A stretch of DNA of 64,000 nucleotides from Alphaproteobacteria bacterium (GTDB lineage Bacteria > Pseudomonadota > Alphaproteobacteria > SP197). Below the pieces are notes generated by a model. It did not search any database. It saw only the letters and a program-made list of their open reading frames with translations, and was not told where the DNA came from. Below, in pieces: positions 63,806-64,000 of this stretch (position 1 is its first letter; each line of letters opens with the position of its first letter). The stretch is taken from NCBI GenBank assembly GCA_964291265.2, contig OZ219747.1:640001-704000 (forward strand), in the 5' to 3' direction. Made by a program: the position numbers and the translations under genes.

Positions 63806-64000
63806 TGTCTCGGCGCCGATTGACGACAGGAACGACTGCGGCGAACGCAATAGCGCCATACTTCGAGGAGGCCTGAGGGACCATTTGTTGAGCAACGGAT
63901 CAATGCGGAGCGGAGGTGAGCGTTCGGTCCAGCGGTGATTGGGTCGATGACAGCACTGAGCGAATTCAGGCGAGTCCCGGAGCCATGCGCAGTTGCCACC

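Overview
GC-rich alphaproteobacterial (Rhodospirillales-like) chromosome segment; a host-associated, possibly sponge-symbiont, origin is only an inference from the mobile and relic gene types. The core backbone runs: cob cluster end (cobI, cobL, cobH), moeB, coaBC, ubiE, mutM, rpsT, dnaA-dnaN-recF-gyrB, class A PBP; then dapB, dnaJ-dnaK-grpE-hrcA, rph-rdgB-hemW, LpoA-like, BON, gshB, a heterotetrameric sarcosine-oxidase-family cluster (probably mgdABCD), HIT, phoB-phoU-pstBACS-phoR and maeB; then a MocD/MocE-like desaturase plus Rieske pair and an orphan family-5 solute-binding protein. There are two accessory/defence regions. (1) About 15.4-28.9 kb, between the convergent pbp and dapB genes: an RloA/RloB (AbiL-like) pair, an AbiE type IV TA, Doc/AbrB TA, an intact IS1634, a DUF4338-ISAs1 fusion transposase, an esterase and several relics. 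(2) About 59.4-64 kb: HNH, DUF262 and phage prohead protease fragments and a second AbiE pair. The most striking observation is inside island 1: a chimeric sequence fusing a copy of the dapB 3' end to a copy of the pbp 3' region, i.e. the two genes flanking the island. This is the geometry of a duplication or circle junction that would stack two cargo modules at one hotspot. A near-consensus Pho box in front of mutM is also notable. No rRNA, tRNA, CRISPR array or clear oriC was seen. All family assignments come from motif recognition by eye, not database searches.
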